The translations under genes were made by a program, and so were the position numbers. The notes beneath the pieces were generated by a model. The model saw only the letters and a program-made list of their open reading frames with translations, ran no database searches and had not been told where the DNA came from. From NCBI GenBank assembly GCA_024762975.1, contig JANTGJ010000002.1, positions 5,235-69,234 of the forward strand: a stretch of 64,000 bases of DNA. Reading direction: 5' to 3'. Positions 55,664 through 64,000 of the stretch are shown here, in pieces; positions within the stretch are counted from its first letter, which is position 1; every line of letters begins with the position of its first letter. The stretch is from Candidatus Krumholzibacteriia bacterium. Its GTDB lineage: Bacteria > Krumholzibacteriota > Krumholzibacteriia > LZORAL124-64-63.

Positions 55664-56953
55664 ATGCTGTCTTCGATATCTCGCAACGTGGTGCTGCCTT
55701 GCCTGGTAGTCCTCGTGAGCGCCGCAGTGGCTGGCGCCGATATCATTCCAGTCACCGTCGAGAGCGGGCTCGCCGGAGCCCTGTCCGACGCGGTTGCCGG
55801 CGATGAGTTGGTGCTTGCCTGCGGTACCTATCATGAACAGGGACTGGATGTTGTCGCCGGCGTGACGATTCGAAGTGATTCGGGCGAAGCCGGTTGTGTC
55901 GAACTGGTCTCCGACGGAACCGAGCCCATCCTGTACCTGCGGGATCTCGGGGCGACGACCCGGTTGCAGGGACTGGTGCTGCGGGCCGAGGTCGCCGAGG
56001 GCGGGCTGGTCACCGAATGCGGTGGTGCGTTGCTCTGCGAGGCCGCATCGCCCCTGGTTCAGGACTGTGAATTCCGCGACCTGCAGGCGGTCTATGGCGC
56101 TGCTGTTTTCTGCCGCACGGAATCCTCGCCCGAATTGATCGGGTGCCGATTCACGGACAACTCGGCCGTCGCGATCGGCGGAGCCCTGGCTTGCGTCGAC
56201 GCCAGTATGCCGACGCTGAACGATTGTCTGCTGGCGCGCAACAGCGCGGGATCGACCGGTGGCGCGATCCACGCCGCTGCGGGTTCCCGACCCGCCCTGA
56301 CCGGCTGCACCCTGGCTCAGAATTCGAGCGCGCACGGCGCGGCTCTCTCGGGTTGGGACCTCTCACAGTCGTCGCAGACGCGCGTCATCTGGGCCGAACA
56401 GGATGGCGCCGAGGCCTGGCTGGGAGATGACCTCAGCGTGCCGACCCTGGCATGCAGCGACCTGTACGCCAACGGCGGCGGCGATTGGACCGGAGCCCTG
56501 GCGCCTCAGGCCGAAGCCGGAGGTAATCTCTCTGCCGATCCGTTGTTCTGCGGGGCCGCTGCCTACACGCTGGATGAGACCAGCCCCTGCATCGAAGCCG
56601 GCTCGGGTTGTGGCGGGATCGGCGCCTTCGACGTGGGCTGTGCGAACGGCAGCGGCGTGGAGCAGGAGCTGCCGCAGTTCTCGAATCTGAATTCCGTGTC
56701 TCCCAATCCTTTCAACCCCCGCACTCGAATCAGTTTCGATGTTGCGCGCGATAGTCACGTCGGCATCGAGGTGTACGACCTGGCCGGCCGACTCATCCGC
56801 CGCCTGCTGGATGAGACGATGACGCGTGGTACGCACGAGCTCTTCTGGAGCGGAACGGATGACGAGAGTCGCTCGGTGGCGGCCGGAGTCTATTTCGTTC
56901 GACTGCAAACCGAAGACAATGTTGCTGTACAACGAGTCACTCTGGTCAAGTAG
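55664..56953 (+). CDS. Secreted right-handed parallel beta-helix protein with C-terminal Por/T9SS-type sorting domain.
   Basis: Signal peptide MLSSISRNVVLPCLVVLVSAAVAGA. Repetitive beta-helix turns (NSAGSTGGAIHAAAGSRPALTGCTLAQNSSAHGAAL). C-terminal SPNPFNPRTRISFDV...YDLAGRLIR...GVYFVRLQT...RVTLVK. Confidence 0.8.
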   Translation: MLSSISRNVVLPCLVVLVSAAVAGADIIPVTVESGLAGALSDAVAGDELVLACGTYHEQGLDVVAGVTIRSDSGEAGCVELVSDGTEPILYLRDLGATTRLQGLVLRAEVAEGGLVTECGGALLCEAASPLVQDCEFRDLQAVYGAAVFCRTESSPELIGCRFTDNSAVAIGGALACVDASMPTLNDCLLARNSAGSTGGAIHAAAGSRPALTGCTLAQNSSAHGAALSGWDLSQSSQTRVIWAEQDGAEAWLGDDLSVPTLACSDLYANGGGDWTGALAPQAEAGGNLSADPLFCGAAAYTLDETSPCIEAGSGCGGIGAFDVGCANGSGVEQELPQFSNLNSVSPNPFNPRTRISFDVARDSHVGIEVYDLAGRLIRRLLDETMTRGTHELFWSGTDDESRSVAAGVYFVRLQTEDNVAVQRVTLVK

Positions 56954-56986
56954 CCGAGCCGTCATCCCGGCCGAAGGGGGTTTGAA

Positions 56987-59071
56987 ATGAAGAACAAGAT
57001 CGAAATCCAATGGGCGGCATTCGGACTACTCATCGTAGCCGCATTGATCGTAACTGCGGTGCTGCTGGGCGCCGCCGGAGGCGCCTTTGCCTCCGTCGAG
57101 GACCATTTGCCGGTGGTACAGGTCGAGTTCCCCAACCTGGGCGGAAATTCGGCCAAGACCGTTCCGACGAACCTGACGGTAGGCATACTGGGTGCGGATG
57201 CGGATGCGGCCGGTGCGCTACCCTGGAAATTCCGCACGCTGTGGGTGCCGGCTGAAACACCTTCGGGGGATCCGATCCAGATCCGTTCCGTGTATGAGCA
57301 ATATATGGATGAATTGATCCGCTGGGACGATGCCCGCTGGAGCGAGTGGCTCGAATACCCGCAGGATGGCAGTACCCCCCAGTTGAACTTCGACGGGCTG
57401 GAAGATGGCTCGAACTGGCTACTGGCCGCTCAGGTCATGGATCACAATGGCGCCGTAAGCCTGGAGCGCGGCTACCAGCGCGAAGTGGCGAATTTCCACG
57501 TCAATGCGATCGCCTATGTTCCCGTTGTCGTGTTGCAGGAAGAGTACCTGGGGGCGGCCCCGAATCCGTATCCGTCCGACCAGGTCGCGGTCGGGCAGCC
57601 GCTGACGTTTTTCTGGTATGCGGACGCCTCGGCATATAATGGTACGATCGTATCCTACCGACACGGCTGGGATCTCATCGACTCCGAGGACCCGATGGAT
57701 CCGGGCTGGTCGGTGCCCGCGGGAACCGAGCCGCAAAACCTGATTTCGACCGAACGGACATTTTCCGCCGGTGGGCTGCACTATTTCCATCTGCGCGTCG
57801 AGGACAACAGCGGCACGGTGCTGATCTACCGCTGGTCCCTGGACGTGGTTCCCTATGTCCCGTATGAAATGCAGCGTCCGCTGGTCTTCATCGATCAGGT
57901 GATCGATGACAACTCGAACCGCTGGCTTGACGAATCGGGCAACCCGCGCGACCACGAAGTCTACCGGGATGCGTTCTGGCAGTTCCTCGAAGGCCAGGAT
58001 GGCGCCAGTGGCTTCGATTGGGACCGCGACCGCTTCGGCCAGAACCAGGTCGTGCGCTACGAAGATCTGGTCGGCTATCGTGTCGTGCTCTGCAACGCTC
58101 GTTTGCATACCGAGCAGTTGATGTTGTCGCAGTTCCGGGCCGAGAACGATGTGGATCGCTACGTCTGGCTGCACGCCTACCAGAACGGTGGCGGCAACCT
58201 GATGCTGGTCGGTGATTCCAGTCTCGATTCATTCATCGAGGTGAAACCGAATTACTGGGTGCCGCACGTGTTCGATTCGACGCAACCGCCGGTGATGGGG
58301 TATGAGACCAGTTTCGGACTGGCCACTCGACCCGATGGCAGCGTCATCGCTCGCGGGCCACGGATGTACCCTTCGGCAACCGTGGGCATCGAGACCCTCG
58401 ACTGGTCGACGAACGCTTCGAAGACGGCCTATGGTCGCCAGGTTCGTCTGGACCAGGATCGCAAGGCCGAGTGCGCCGCTCTCAAAGGCGTGGTTCTGGA
58501 TTCGTCGTTCCGCACTCGTCATGGGATCTCCGGTGCGGTGTTGGCTGACACGCTGCTGGGAGACGCTCTGATCGATTGGCAGGACCAGGCCGACGAAGCC
58601 GCCGCGACACTGGAGCTGAATTCGAGTGTCTTCCCGTTCCGAAACGATGAGTTCGTCGACGCGGATATCAGTTCCCGGGGTGTGACCGTGAACCCGCAAA
58701 CCTGTGCCGGCGCGCCGAACGACGAATGCATCGAACCGATGTACCGCGGCATTTCACGCATGGACTACATTCGCCAGTACAAATGGGCTCAGGGTGATAC
58801 GGGCTGGCCGCTGAGCCAACATACCGCGGCCGAACTGCAGGACGATCTCTGCGGTCCGCTGGCGCTGACGGACTACGAAGGTCATGCCCTGGCCTCGGCA
58901 AAAACGAATGCCCAGACCTACGGTTTCCTGTCGTACAAGACCGCCGGTGCCAAGCCGAGCGGCAAGGCAGACGTGTACTGGGGATTTGATCCCTACCGCT
59001 TCGACCATGAGAAATCGATGCAGGCCGTACGTTGGGCCTTGGACTATTTCGGATTGCAGTTGAACCCGTGA
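56987..59071 (+). CDS. Hypothetical membrane-anchored or secreted protein (694 aa).
   Basis: N-terminal signal-anchor AAFGLLIVAALIVTAVLLGAAGGAFA. No recognisable family. 33 bp after the previous gene and 20 bp before the next. Confidence 0.7.
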   Translation: MKNKIEIQWAAFGLLIVAALIVTAVLLGAAGGAFASVEDHLPVVQVEFPNLGGNSAKTVPTNLTVGILGADADAAGALPWKFRTLWVPAETPSGDPIQIRSVYEQYMDELIRWDDARWSEWLEYPQDGSTPQLNFDGLEDGSNWLLAAQVMDHNGAVSLERGYQREVANFHVNAIAYVPVVVLQEEYLGAAPNPYPSDQVAVGQPLTFFWYADASAYNGTIVSYRHGWDLIDSEDPMDPGWSVPAGTEPQNLISTERTFSAGGLHYFHLRVEDNSGTVLIYRWSLDVVPYVPYEMQRPLVFIDQVIDDNSNRWLDESGNPRDHEVYRDAFWQFLEGQDGASGFDWDRDRFGQNQVVRYEDLVGYRVVLCNARLHTEQLMLSQFRAENDVDRYVWLHAYQNGGGNLMLVGDSSLDSFIEVKPNYWVPHVFDSTQPPVMGYETSFGLATRPDGSVIARGPRMYPSATVGIETLDWSTNASKTAYGRQVRLDQDRKAECAALKGVVLDSSFRTRHGISGAVLADTLLGDALIDWQDQADEAAATLELNSSVFPFRNDEFVDADISSRGVTVNPQTCAGAPNDECIEPMYRGISRMDYIRQYKWAQGDTGWPLSQHTAAELQDDLCGPLALTDYEGHALASAKTNAQTYGFLSYKTAGAKPSGKADVYWGFDPYRFDHEKSMQAVRWALDYFGLQLNP

Positions 59072-59091
59072 TTTTGTGGGAGAGGTCATTT

Positions 59092-59526
59092 ATGAACCGG
59101 ATTATTCGCATCAGTACTGTCTTCCTCGTCGCGCTTGCCCTGCTGGCGGGTGCGGCGGGGAATGGACGGGCCGACACTGTCGATTCGGCGTTGTTCGTAC
59201 TCAATACCCAGTACCTCAGTCCGGTCGGTGGCGCGGAGTTGCCCGCCACGCATCGACTGGGGGCCTGCGCCCCGAACCCCTTCAATCCCGCGACGACGAT
59301 TGGTTTCTCCCTGGCGAATCGAGCCCAGGTCGAATTGATCGTCTACGACCTGACCGGTCGCCGCGTGCGTACTCTGCTGGCCGGCCGTTGGGTCGAGGCC
59401 GGCGATCACGAAGCGAAGTGGCGCGGGATCGACGAACAGGGGCGTGAAGTCGCCGCCGGTGTCTATCTGGCCCGTTTCCGGGCCGGTGAAATTACCGCTA
59501 CGCGTCGCATGACGCTGATCAAGTAA
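59092..59526 (+). CDS. Small secreted protein (144 aa) that is essentially only a signal peptide plus a Por/T9SS-type sorting domain.
   Basis: GGGAGAGG RBS. MNRIIRISTVFLVALALLAGAAGNGRA. APNPFNPATTIGFSLA...YDLTGRRVRTLL...GVYLARF...RMTLIK. Only about 40 residues between the signal peptide and the sorting domain. Confidence 0.7.
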   Translation: MNRIIRISTVFLVALALLAGAAGNGRADTVDSALFVLNTQYLSPVGGAELPATHRLGACAPNPFNPATTIGFSLANRAQVELIVYDLTGRRVRTLLAGRWVEAGDHEAKWRGIDEQGREVAAGVYLARFRAGEITATRRMTLIK

Positions 59527-59583
59527 ATCGAAATTGACATGGGGCCCGACCGGGTCGGGCCCGATCAGGGATGGGGTAGCGAT

Positions 59584-61815
59584 ATGCAGAATCGAATGAT
59601 TTGGATCCTGGTCGCGGCGCTGATCGTGACCGGAACCACCGCCGCCCGGGCAGATGACCCGCGAATCGAAAACCTGGTGGTGCAGCAGCGAAGCGGCAGC
59701 TACGAGGTGGAGATCCAGTACGACCTGAACTGTCTCGAATGCGACTCGGTCTACGTCCAGGCCTTCTGCTCCGTGGACGGCGGGGCGACCTGGCCGTTGG
59801 CCTGCCGCACTGTCAGCGGCGATATCGGAGCGTTCGTGCGGCCGGGAACCGGACTGACCGCGGTCTGGGATGCTGCGGCGGATCTGCCGGGCATCTACAC
59901 CGAATCGGCGCGCGTCCGGGTGGTCGCCGCCGAATTCTATCCGGCGCCCTACGTGGCCGGCCTGTGGCGCAGCTCGTTGGACGACAAGAACAAGGTGGCT
60001 TTCGCCAAGGCGGACACTTTCAGCTTCGCACAGAACGACACGATCGCCTTCGGCGAGTCGTTCCGGCTGGGCTGGGATGTCACCGCCCCGGTGGCCGAGG
60101 CCCTCACACCCGAGATGGTTGCCGCGAGGGACACGGTGGTTCCCTACGACGATGCCCTGTTGGGCTACCAGTACCTGCTTCCCGGCGAAGTGGACTGGCA
60201 GCCGCGTCTCTTCGATGAGAGCACCGGTGACAGCGTGCTGTATTTCGCACCGACCGAGAGTGTGGCCTTCTTCAATGACGGCAGCGGCCCGGATGCCCGT
60301 CACCGGTTGTTGGAAAACGGATTCCACCGCATTCAGCTCAATGCACTGGATATTGTCGGCTCCGAGATTCCCACACAGGGCCGGGATTTCTGGTTCGTGG
60401 TGAACTATGATCCCGAGACCCTCGTGCTGGATGGCGAGACGGATTGGGAGCATCCCGAGGATCCGCAGCTCTATCCGTATTATGTGTCGCTGGATGACCC
60501 CTTGCAGATCAAGGTTCCTTTCGTTTCGGGGGAGCGGATCCCGGATCGCAGCTACGTCGTCTGCAAGGCGCTGATGCGGGATGACGCTCGCGATCTGCTT
60601 CTGGATCCTGGCCACGAAGTCGGATTGAGTGGCTACGTCGAGGGAACCAGTACCCTGCTCAACGGTGCTTTGTACTCGTTCCAGACGCCCAGTTCCCAAG
60701 CCGACGTGGCGCCGACCTGGCCGGCCGGGCCGAACGGGTGGACAGCCGACACGCTCGGCTTCCTGGTCGCTCCATCGACTCAGATGACCGTCAATCTGCG
60801 CGCCGTGGATGAGCACGGCCGACGCGACGGAACTCCCGCGCAATTGACGTTCGACGTGGGCTATCCTCCCTGTGTGCAGTGCCTGGAGGTCGTATCTGCG
60901 GGCGAGGCCTCCGCTTTCGACGCGAGCACGGCCTGCTACACGCCCGGCGAGGCCCATCCTTGCTTCGGCGACACCGCGGTTTTCTATGTGAAGGAATCCG
61001 CTGGGACGGCCATCGCCGGCCGCGAGTACCTCTGGCAGGAACCTGATCTTTCCTTCCTGGCGATCGATCGTGAGAGCCTGTCGGCCGAGGTCGTCGAAGA
61101 CACGCTGGGGTTGGGTGCGACCGCATACCTGATTCCGATGACGACCTACGCGATGGAAACTCTCTACCACGGCCGCGACGACTCTCGCGAAAGTTGGCAG
61201 GATCCGATTCGACGGATCGGGGCCTGGCGTTCGCAGATCGATCACGATTGCGATCCGAACAATGACCTGATTGACGGCGGCGGGTATGACGATCTGTCGC
61301 TGCCGAACTGGGGAAACTCGTACGAGGGTGACCTGACGATCGGCGCAGATGGGGTTTGGAGAAATCGCGTTCGCGTGCACATTCCCACGAGTCTGTTGAC
61401 CGGCGGCGTCAGCAACTACCGGCTGCAGTTATTCGTGAATCATATCTGGGGCCCTGGCGTGCCATTCGACCTCAACCACCCGCTCATCGATGTCCTGTAT
61501 GGGATTTCGATCCGCGAGGCCGGGCTGGCCCGGATCTCGGCAATCGCACTGGACCAGACGATCTGCATGACCACACCGTTGCGACCCGGATCCTATCATA
61601 CGTTCCACAATCTCCGTCCCGACGGCGATCAGTTGGGGGCATATCAGACCTGGCGAGATTGTTCCGGTTTGTCCGGAGTCTCGAGTTCGATTCCGTTGGC
61701 TGATCTGGCCATGATGAGTTCGGGCGGGGTTCCGGCCGAACGCTACTATCGCATCGTGATTCAGGCCGGCTCCGGGACCGGAGAGGATGTCGAGTGTGTA
61801 GGTACCGGGTTCTAG
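59584..61815 (+). CDS. Hypothetical secreted Cys-containing protein (743 aa).
   Basis: Signal peptide MQNRMIWILVAALIVTGTTAARA. Multiple Cys pairs (NCLECDS...FCSVDG...LACRT; PPCVQCLEV; DHDCDP). No recognisable family. Confidence 0.7.
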   Translation: MQNRMIWILVAALIVTGTTAARADDPRIENLVVQQRSGSYEVEIQYDLNCLECDSVYVQAFCSVDGGATWPLACRTVSGDIGAFVRPGTGLTAVWDAAADLPGIYTESARVRVVAAEFYPAPYVAGLWRSSLDDKNKVAFAKADTFSFAQNDTIAFGESFRLGWDVTAPVAEALTPEMVAARDTVVPYDDALLGYQYLLPGEVDWQPRLFDESTGDSVLYFAPTESVAFFNDGSGPDARHRLLENGFHRIQLNALDIVGSEIPTQGRDFWFVVNYDPETLVLDGETDWEHPEDPQLYPYYVSLDDPLQIKVPFVSGERIPDRSYVVCKALMRDDARDLLLDPGHEVGLSGYVEGTSTLLNGALYSFQTPSSQADVAPTWPAGPNGWTADTLGFLVAPSTQMTVNLRAVDEHGRRDGTPAQLTFDVGYPPCVQCLEVVSAGEASAFDASTACYTPGEAHPCFGDTAVFYVKESAGTAIAGREYLWQEPDLSFLAIDRESLSAEVVEDTLGLGATAYLIPMTTYAMETLYHGRDDSRESWQDPIRRIGAWRSQIDHDCDPNNDLIDGGGYDDLSLPNWGNSYEGDLTIGADGVWRNRVRVHIPTSLLTGGVSNYRLQLFVNHIWGPGVPFDLNHPLIDVLYGISIREAGLARISAIALDQTICMTTPLRPGSYHTFHNLRPDGDQLGAYQTWRDCSGLSGVSSSIPLADLAMMSSGGVPAERYYRIVIQAGSGTGEDVECVGTGF

Positions 61816-61870
61816 CCCGGCGCAGAGGAAGAGTCTGAATTATCGCGGACAATCGGTGGTGCCTCGACCC

Positions 61871-61908
61871 ATGTGTCCGGTCGACTGCTTGCAGTGGACC
61901 GGACACAT
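61871..61908. terminator. 12-bp perfect inverted repeat (atgtgtccggtc...gaccggacacat) with a 14-nt loop, between convergent genes.
   Basis: Read directly from the sequence. Followed by TTTAC on the plus strand. Confidence 0.4.
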
Positions 61909-61923
61909 TTACCGCGGCACAAT

Positions 61924-62946
61924 CTACTGGAATCGACCGATTCCCAGGTCCCGGATTGTCTCGAGCAACTTTTCGTGTACGTGTCCGTTGCTGACGATCA
62001 CTCCCAGATTGTTTTCCAGCTGATACCCGTGTTTGAACTCCAGTTCCTTGCCCCGGATGTCCGTTACGCGCCCACCTGCCTCGGTGACCACGAGCACGCC
62101 GCCGGCGTGGTCCCAAATCTTCTCGCGGTACTTCCCGTCGCGCGGCAGGCGCAGGTAGGCCTCGGCTTCGCCGCGACTGACGACCGCGTACTTGGTCTGG
62201 CTGTCCAGGCGAGCCGGTTCGGCGGCGATTTGCAGGGATTCGGCGATGCGCGCGGCGTCGCCGTGGGAGGAATGCGCGGCTTCGACCGATTCACAGAAGC
62301 GGATCCGCGTCGGGTCGGTCTGCGGGCTGACGTGCACCGGTACGGCCCGGTCGTCACCAATCAGCGGCAATGACCACGCGCCCTGGCCGCGGATGGCACA
62401 CAGCAGGCTACCGTCGCCGCGATCGGCCACGTCGTTCGACAGGATCGGACCGAGATTGGGGCAACCCAGGATCGCAACCTCGATCTCCCCGTCGAGGATC
62501 AGCGCCAGCGAAACGGCGTACTGCATCTTGCGCAGGAAGCCCTTGGTACCGTCGATCGGGTCCAGGGTCCAGTAGCGGGGCGAGTGGTCCTTGGCGCCGC
62601 CACGGTCGATCCACCGGCAGACGTCGTCCAGGTTCACGTCCGGAGTCAGCTCGGCAACATGTCCGACCACCCGCTGTGCCAGGGCCTCGTTGCCGGTCTC
62701 GCGCAGCGCGGTCGAGTCTTCTTCACCGATCACCGGGTCCGCAGGGAAGACTTCACCCAGCGCGCGGCAAACCAGGGCCTGACTGCCGAAGTCGGCTACG
62801 GTGACCGGGCTGCGGTCCTTCTTCTGCAACTCGCCCAGGTCGATCTGCGCCTGCACCGTGCGGCACAGCTGTCCGGCTTGGCGCACGGCCGCCAATCCGG
62901 TTTCGAGTTCCTGTGCCAAAGGATGATCCTGCCAGGGACGGTTCAT
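61924..62946 (-). CDS. 3'(2'),5'-bisphosphate nucleotidase (HAL2/CysQ-type inositol-monophosphatase family).
   Basis: WTLDPIDGTKGF and WDHAGG metal-binding motifs. ATG at 62946 with GGAG 9 nt upstream; alternative ATG at 62961. Confidence 0.85.
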   Translation of the reverse strand: MNRPWQDHPLAQELETGLAAVRQAGQLCRTVQAQIDLGELQKKDRSPVTVADFGSQALVCRALGEVFPADPVIGEEDSTALRETGNEALAQRVVGHVAELTPDVNLDDVCRWIDRGGAKDHSPRYWTLDPIDGTKGFLRKMQYAVSLALILDGEIEVAILGCPNLGPILSNDVADRGDGSLLCAIRGQGAWSLPLIGDDRAVPVHVSPQTDPTRIRFCESVEAAHSSHGDAARIAESLQIAAEPARLDSQTKYAVVSRGEAEAYLRLPRDGKYREKIWDHAGGVLVVTEAGGRVTDIRGKELEFKHGYQLENNLGVIVSNGHVHEKLLETIRDLGIGRFQ

Positions 62947-62951
62947 TCCAG

Positions 62952-64000
62952 TTACTCCCATTCGATGGTTCCGGGTGGCTTGCTCGTCAAATCGTATGCC
63001 ACACCGCTGATGCCGGGCAACGCGCCGATCGACTGAGCCAATTCCTTCAGCAGAGCGATCGGCAGCTTCGCGGCTGTCGCTGTCATTGCGCGCTCGCTGT
63101 GGATCGGACGCAAAATGCACAATTCGGTTCCCTTGCCCCCGACCCGCAATGGCACCAGTACCGTCGGACACTGCCAGACCTCGCTGTACAGTCCGTGACG
63201 GCGTAGGCCGTCCATCATCAGGAAGTCGCACTCTCGCAGCAGGTCAAGGCGGTCACGGGTCATCTCGGCCGGCAGCAGCCGGACGTCGTTCGGCAACTTG
63301 TCGCCGAGCCACCACAGCGAACGGTTCAGTCCGCCGATCGTCTTGAACAGGGTACCGGAGGCCTGCTGCAGTTTGTCCCAGTCGGCCTCGCCGGCGTCGA
63401 AACCGCCCGCCAGCAGCACCGGGTGTTCGTAGCTGCGCAGGTCGGCCTTGACGCCGACGGACTTGATCGGCAGGGGGGCCGCCTGCAGGCCGTAGCCCTG
63501 CGCGGCAAGGGCCACGGCCGGCGAGATCCGGGCCAACTCGTCCTCGCCCGCGACCTGGCCGTTCGAGCAAAGCAGCCGTACGCCCAGGCCGGGGCCGGGA
63601 AAGGGGTGCCGCCAGATCATATCGTGGGGGATACCCATCAGCTCGCCGAGTTCACGGACCTCGACCTTGTAAAGGTCGGCCAACGGTTCGATGATCTTCC
63701 CGGCGGCGATCATCTCCTCGATGATCGGAACGCGGTTGTGGTGCGTTTTGATCGTGTCGGCGCGCTTGGTGGCACCGCTCTCGATGGTGTCGGGGTAGAT
63801 CGTACCTTGGCCCAGGAGGTGATTCTCAATGCCCAGGCGACGCGCCTCGCTCTCGAATACCTCGATGAAGGTGTCACCGATCGCGCGGCGTTTTTCCTCG
63901 GGTTCGATCCTGCCGGCCAGCGCGTTCAGAAAGGTGTCCGTGGCGTCGATGAAGTGGAAATTCCGTCCCAGGCCCAGATCGTTGAACATCTCGACGACGG
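62952..64000 (-). CDS. guaA: GMP synthase (glutamine-hydrolysing), C-terminal ATP-pyrophosphatase and dimerisation domains. 5' end lies beyond the window.
   Basis: ...IGDTFIEVFE...GTIYPDTIES...IKTHHN...MIWRHPFPGPGLGVR...DFLMMDGLRR...VAYDLTSKPPGTIEWE matches the GuaA C-terminus, including the terminal EWE. The ORF continues open to position 64000. Confidence 0.85.
   Translation of the reverse strand, partial: VVEMFNDLGLGRNFHFIDATDTFLNALAGRIEPEEKRRAIGDTFIEVFESEARRLGIENHLLGQGTIYPDTIESGATKRADTIKTHHNRVPIIEEMIAAGKIIEPLADLYKVEVRELGELMGIPHDMIWRHPFPGPGLGVRLLCSNGQVAGEDELARISPAVALAAQGYGLQAAPLPIKSVGVKADLRSYEHPVLLAGGFDAGEADWDKLQQASGTLFKTIGGLNRSLWWLGDKLPNDVRLLPAEMTRDRLDLLRECDFLMMDGLRRHGLYSEVWQCPTVLVPLRVGGKGTELCILRPIHSERAMTATAAKLPIALLKELAQSIGALPGISGVAYDLTSKPPGTIEWE

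Noticed and set aside
1-64000. Searched for CRISPR arrays, IS elements, integrases, phage genes and rRNA.
   Set aside because: No regularly spaced direct repeats. No transposase or integrase motifs such as DDE or tyrosine-recombinase R..H..RHY. No rRNA-like conserved stretches were seen in any frame or strand.

Overview
This is a high-GC (about 65%) bacterial chromosomal segment with dense coding on both strands. I found no rRNA, tRNA, CRISPR array, transposase or integrase. A C-terminal sorting domain of the Por/T9SS type (NPFNP...RMTLIK) recurs in several proteins. That points to a non-Bacteroidetes lineage that uses type IX-like secretion, for example the Gemmatimonadota/FCB group; I cannot fix the phylum from sequence alone.

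Main content, in order along the window:
1. A minus-strand operon ending in rlmH (2151-2612).
2. An 11-gene complex I operon, nuoABCDHIJKLMN (2930-13747), with no nuoEFG. NuoL carries a His-rich insertion.
3. A large S9 peptidase with a beta-propeller.
4. A molybdenum module: a candidate leader element, then moaA, a MOSC-domain protein and a MOT1-family molybdate transporter.
5. A DEAD-box helicase with an RGG- and Lys-rich tail, two FadD-type acyl-CoA ligases, a prolyl oligopeptidase, and a CgeB-like plus GT2-TPR glycosyltransferase pair.
6. A five-gene minus-strand cluster (34630-44974) of secreted DUF11 repeat proteins. It includes a 1949-aa protein that combines DUF11, OmpA-like and C-terminal beta-barrel regions. 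This is my top candidate for an undescribed cell-surface assembly system.
7. A chalcone-isomerase-like protein, a saccharopine-dehydrogenase-family protein, and a C25 gingipain-like peptidase carrying the T9SS-type C-terminal domain.
8. adk, then a lower-GC islet holding a CN hydrolase.
9. A tight plus-strand four-gene cluster (55664-61815) behind a near-consensus sigma70 promoter. It holds a beta-helix protein with the sorting domain, two large uncharacterised secreted proteins, and a 144-aa protein that is only a signal peptide plus sorting domain.
10. A HAL2/CysQ-type nucleotidase and a 5'-truncated guaA at the window end.

Many long ORFs antisense to real genes are artefacts of the high GC content.
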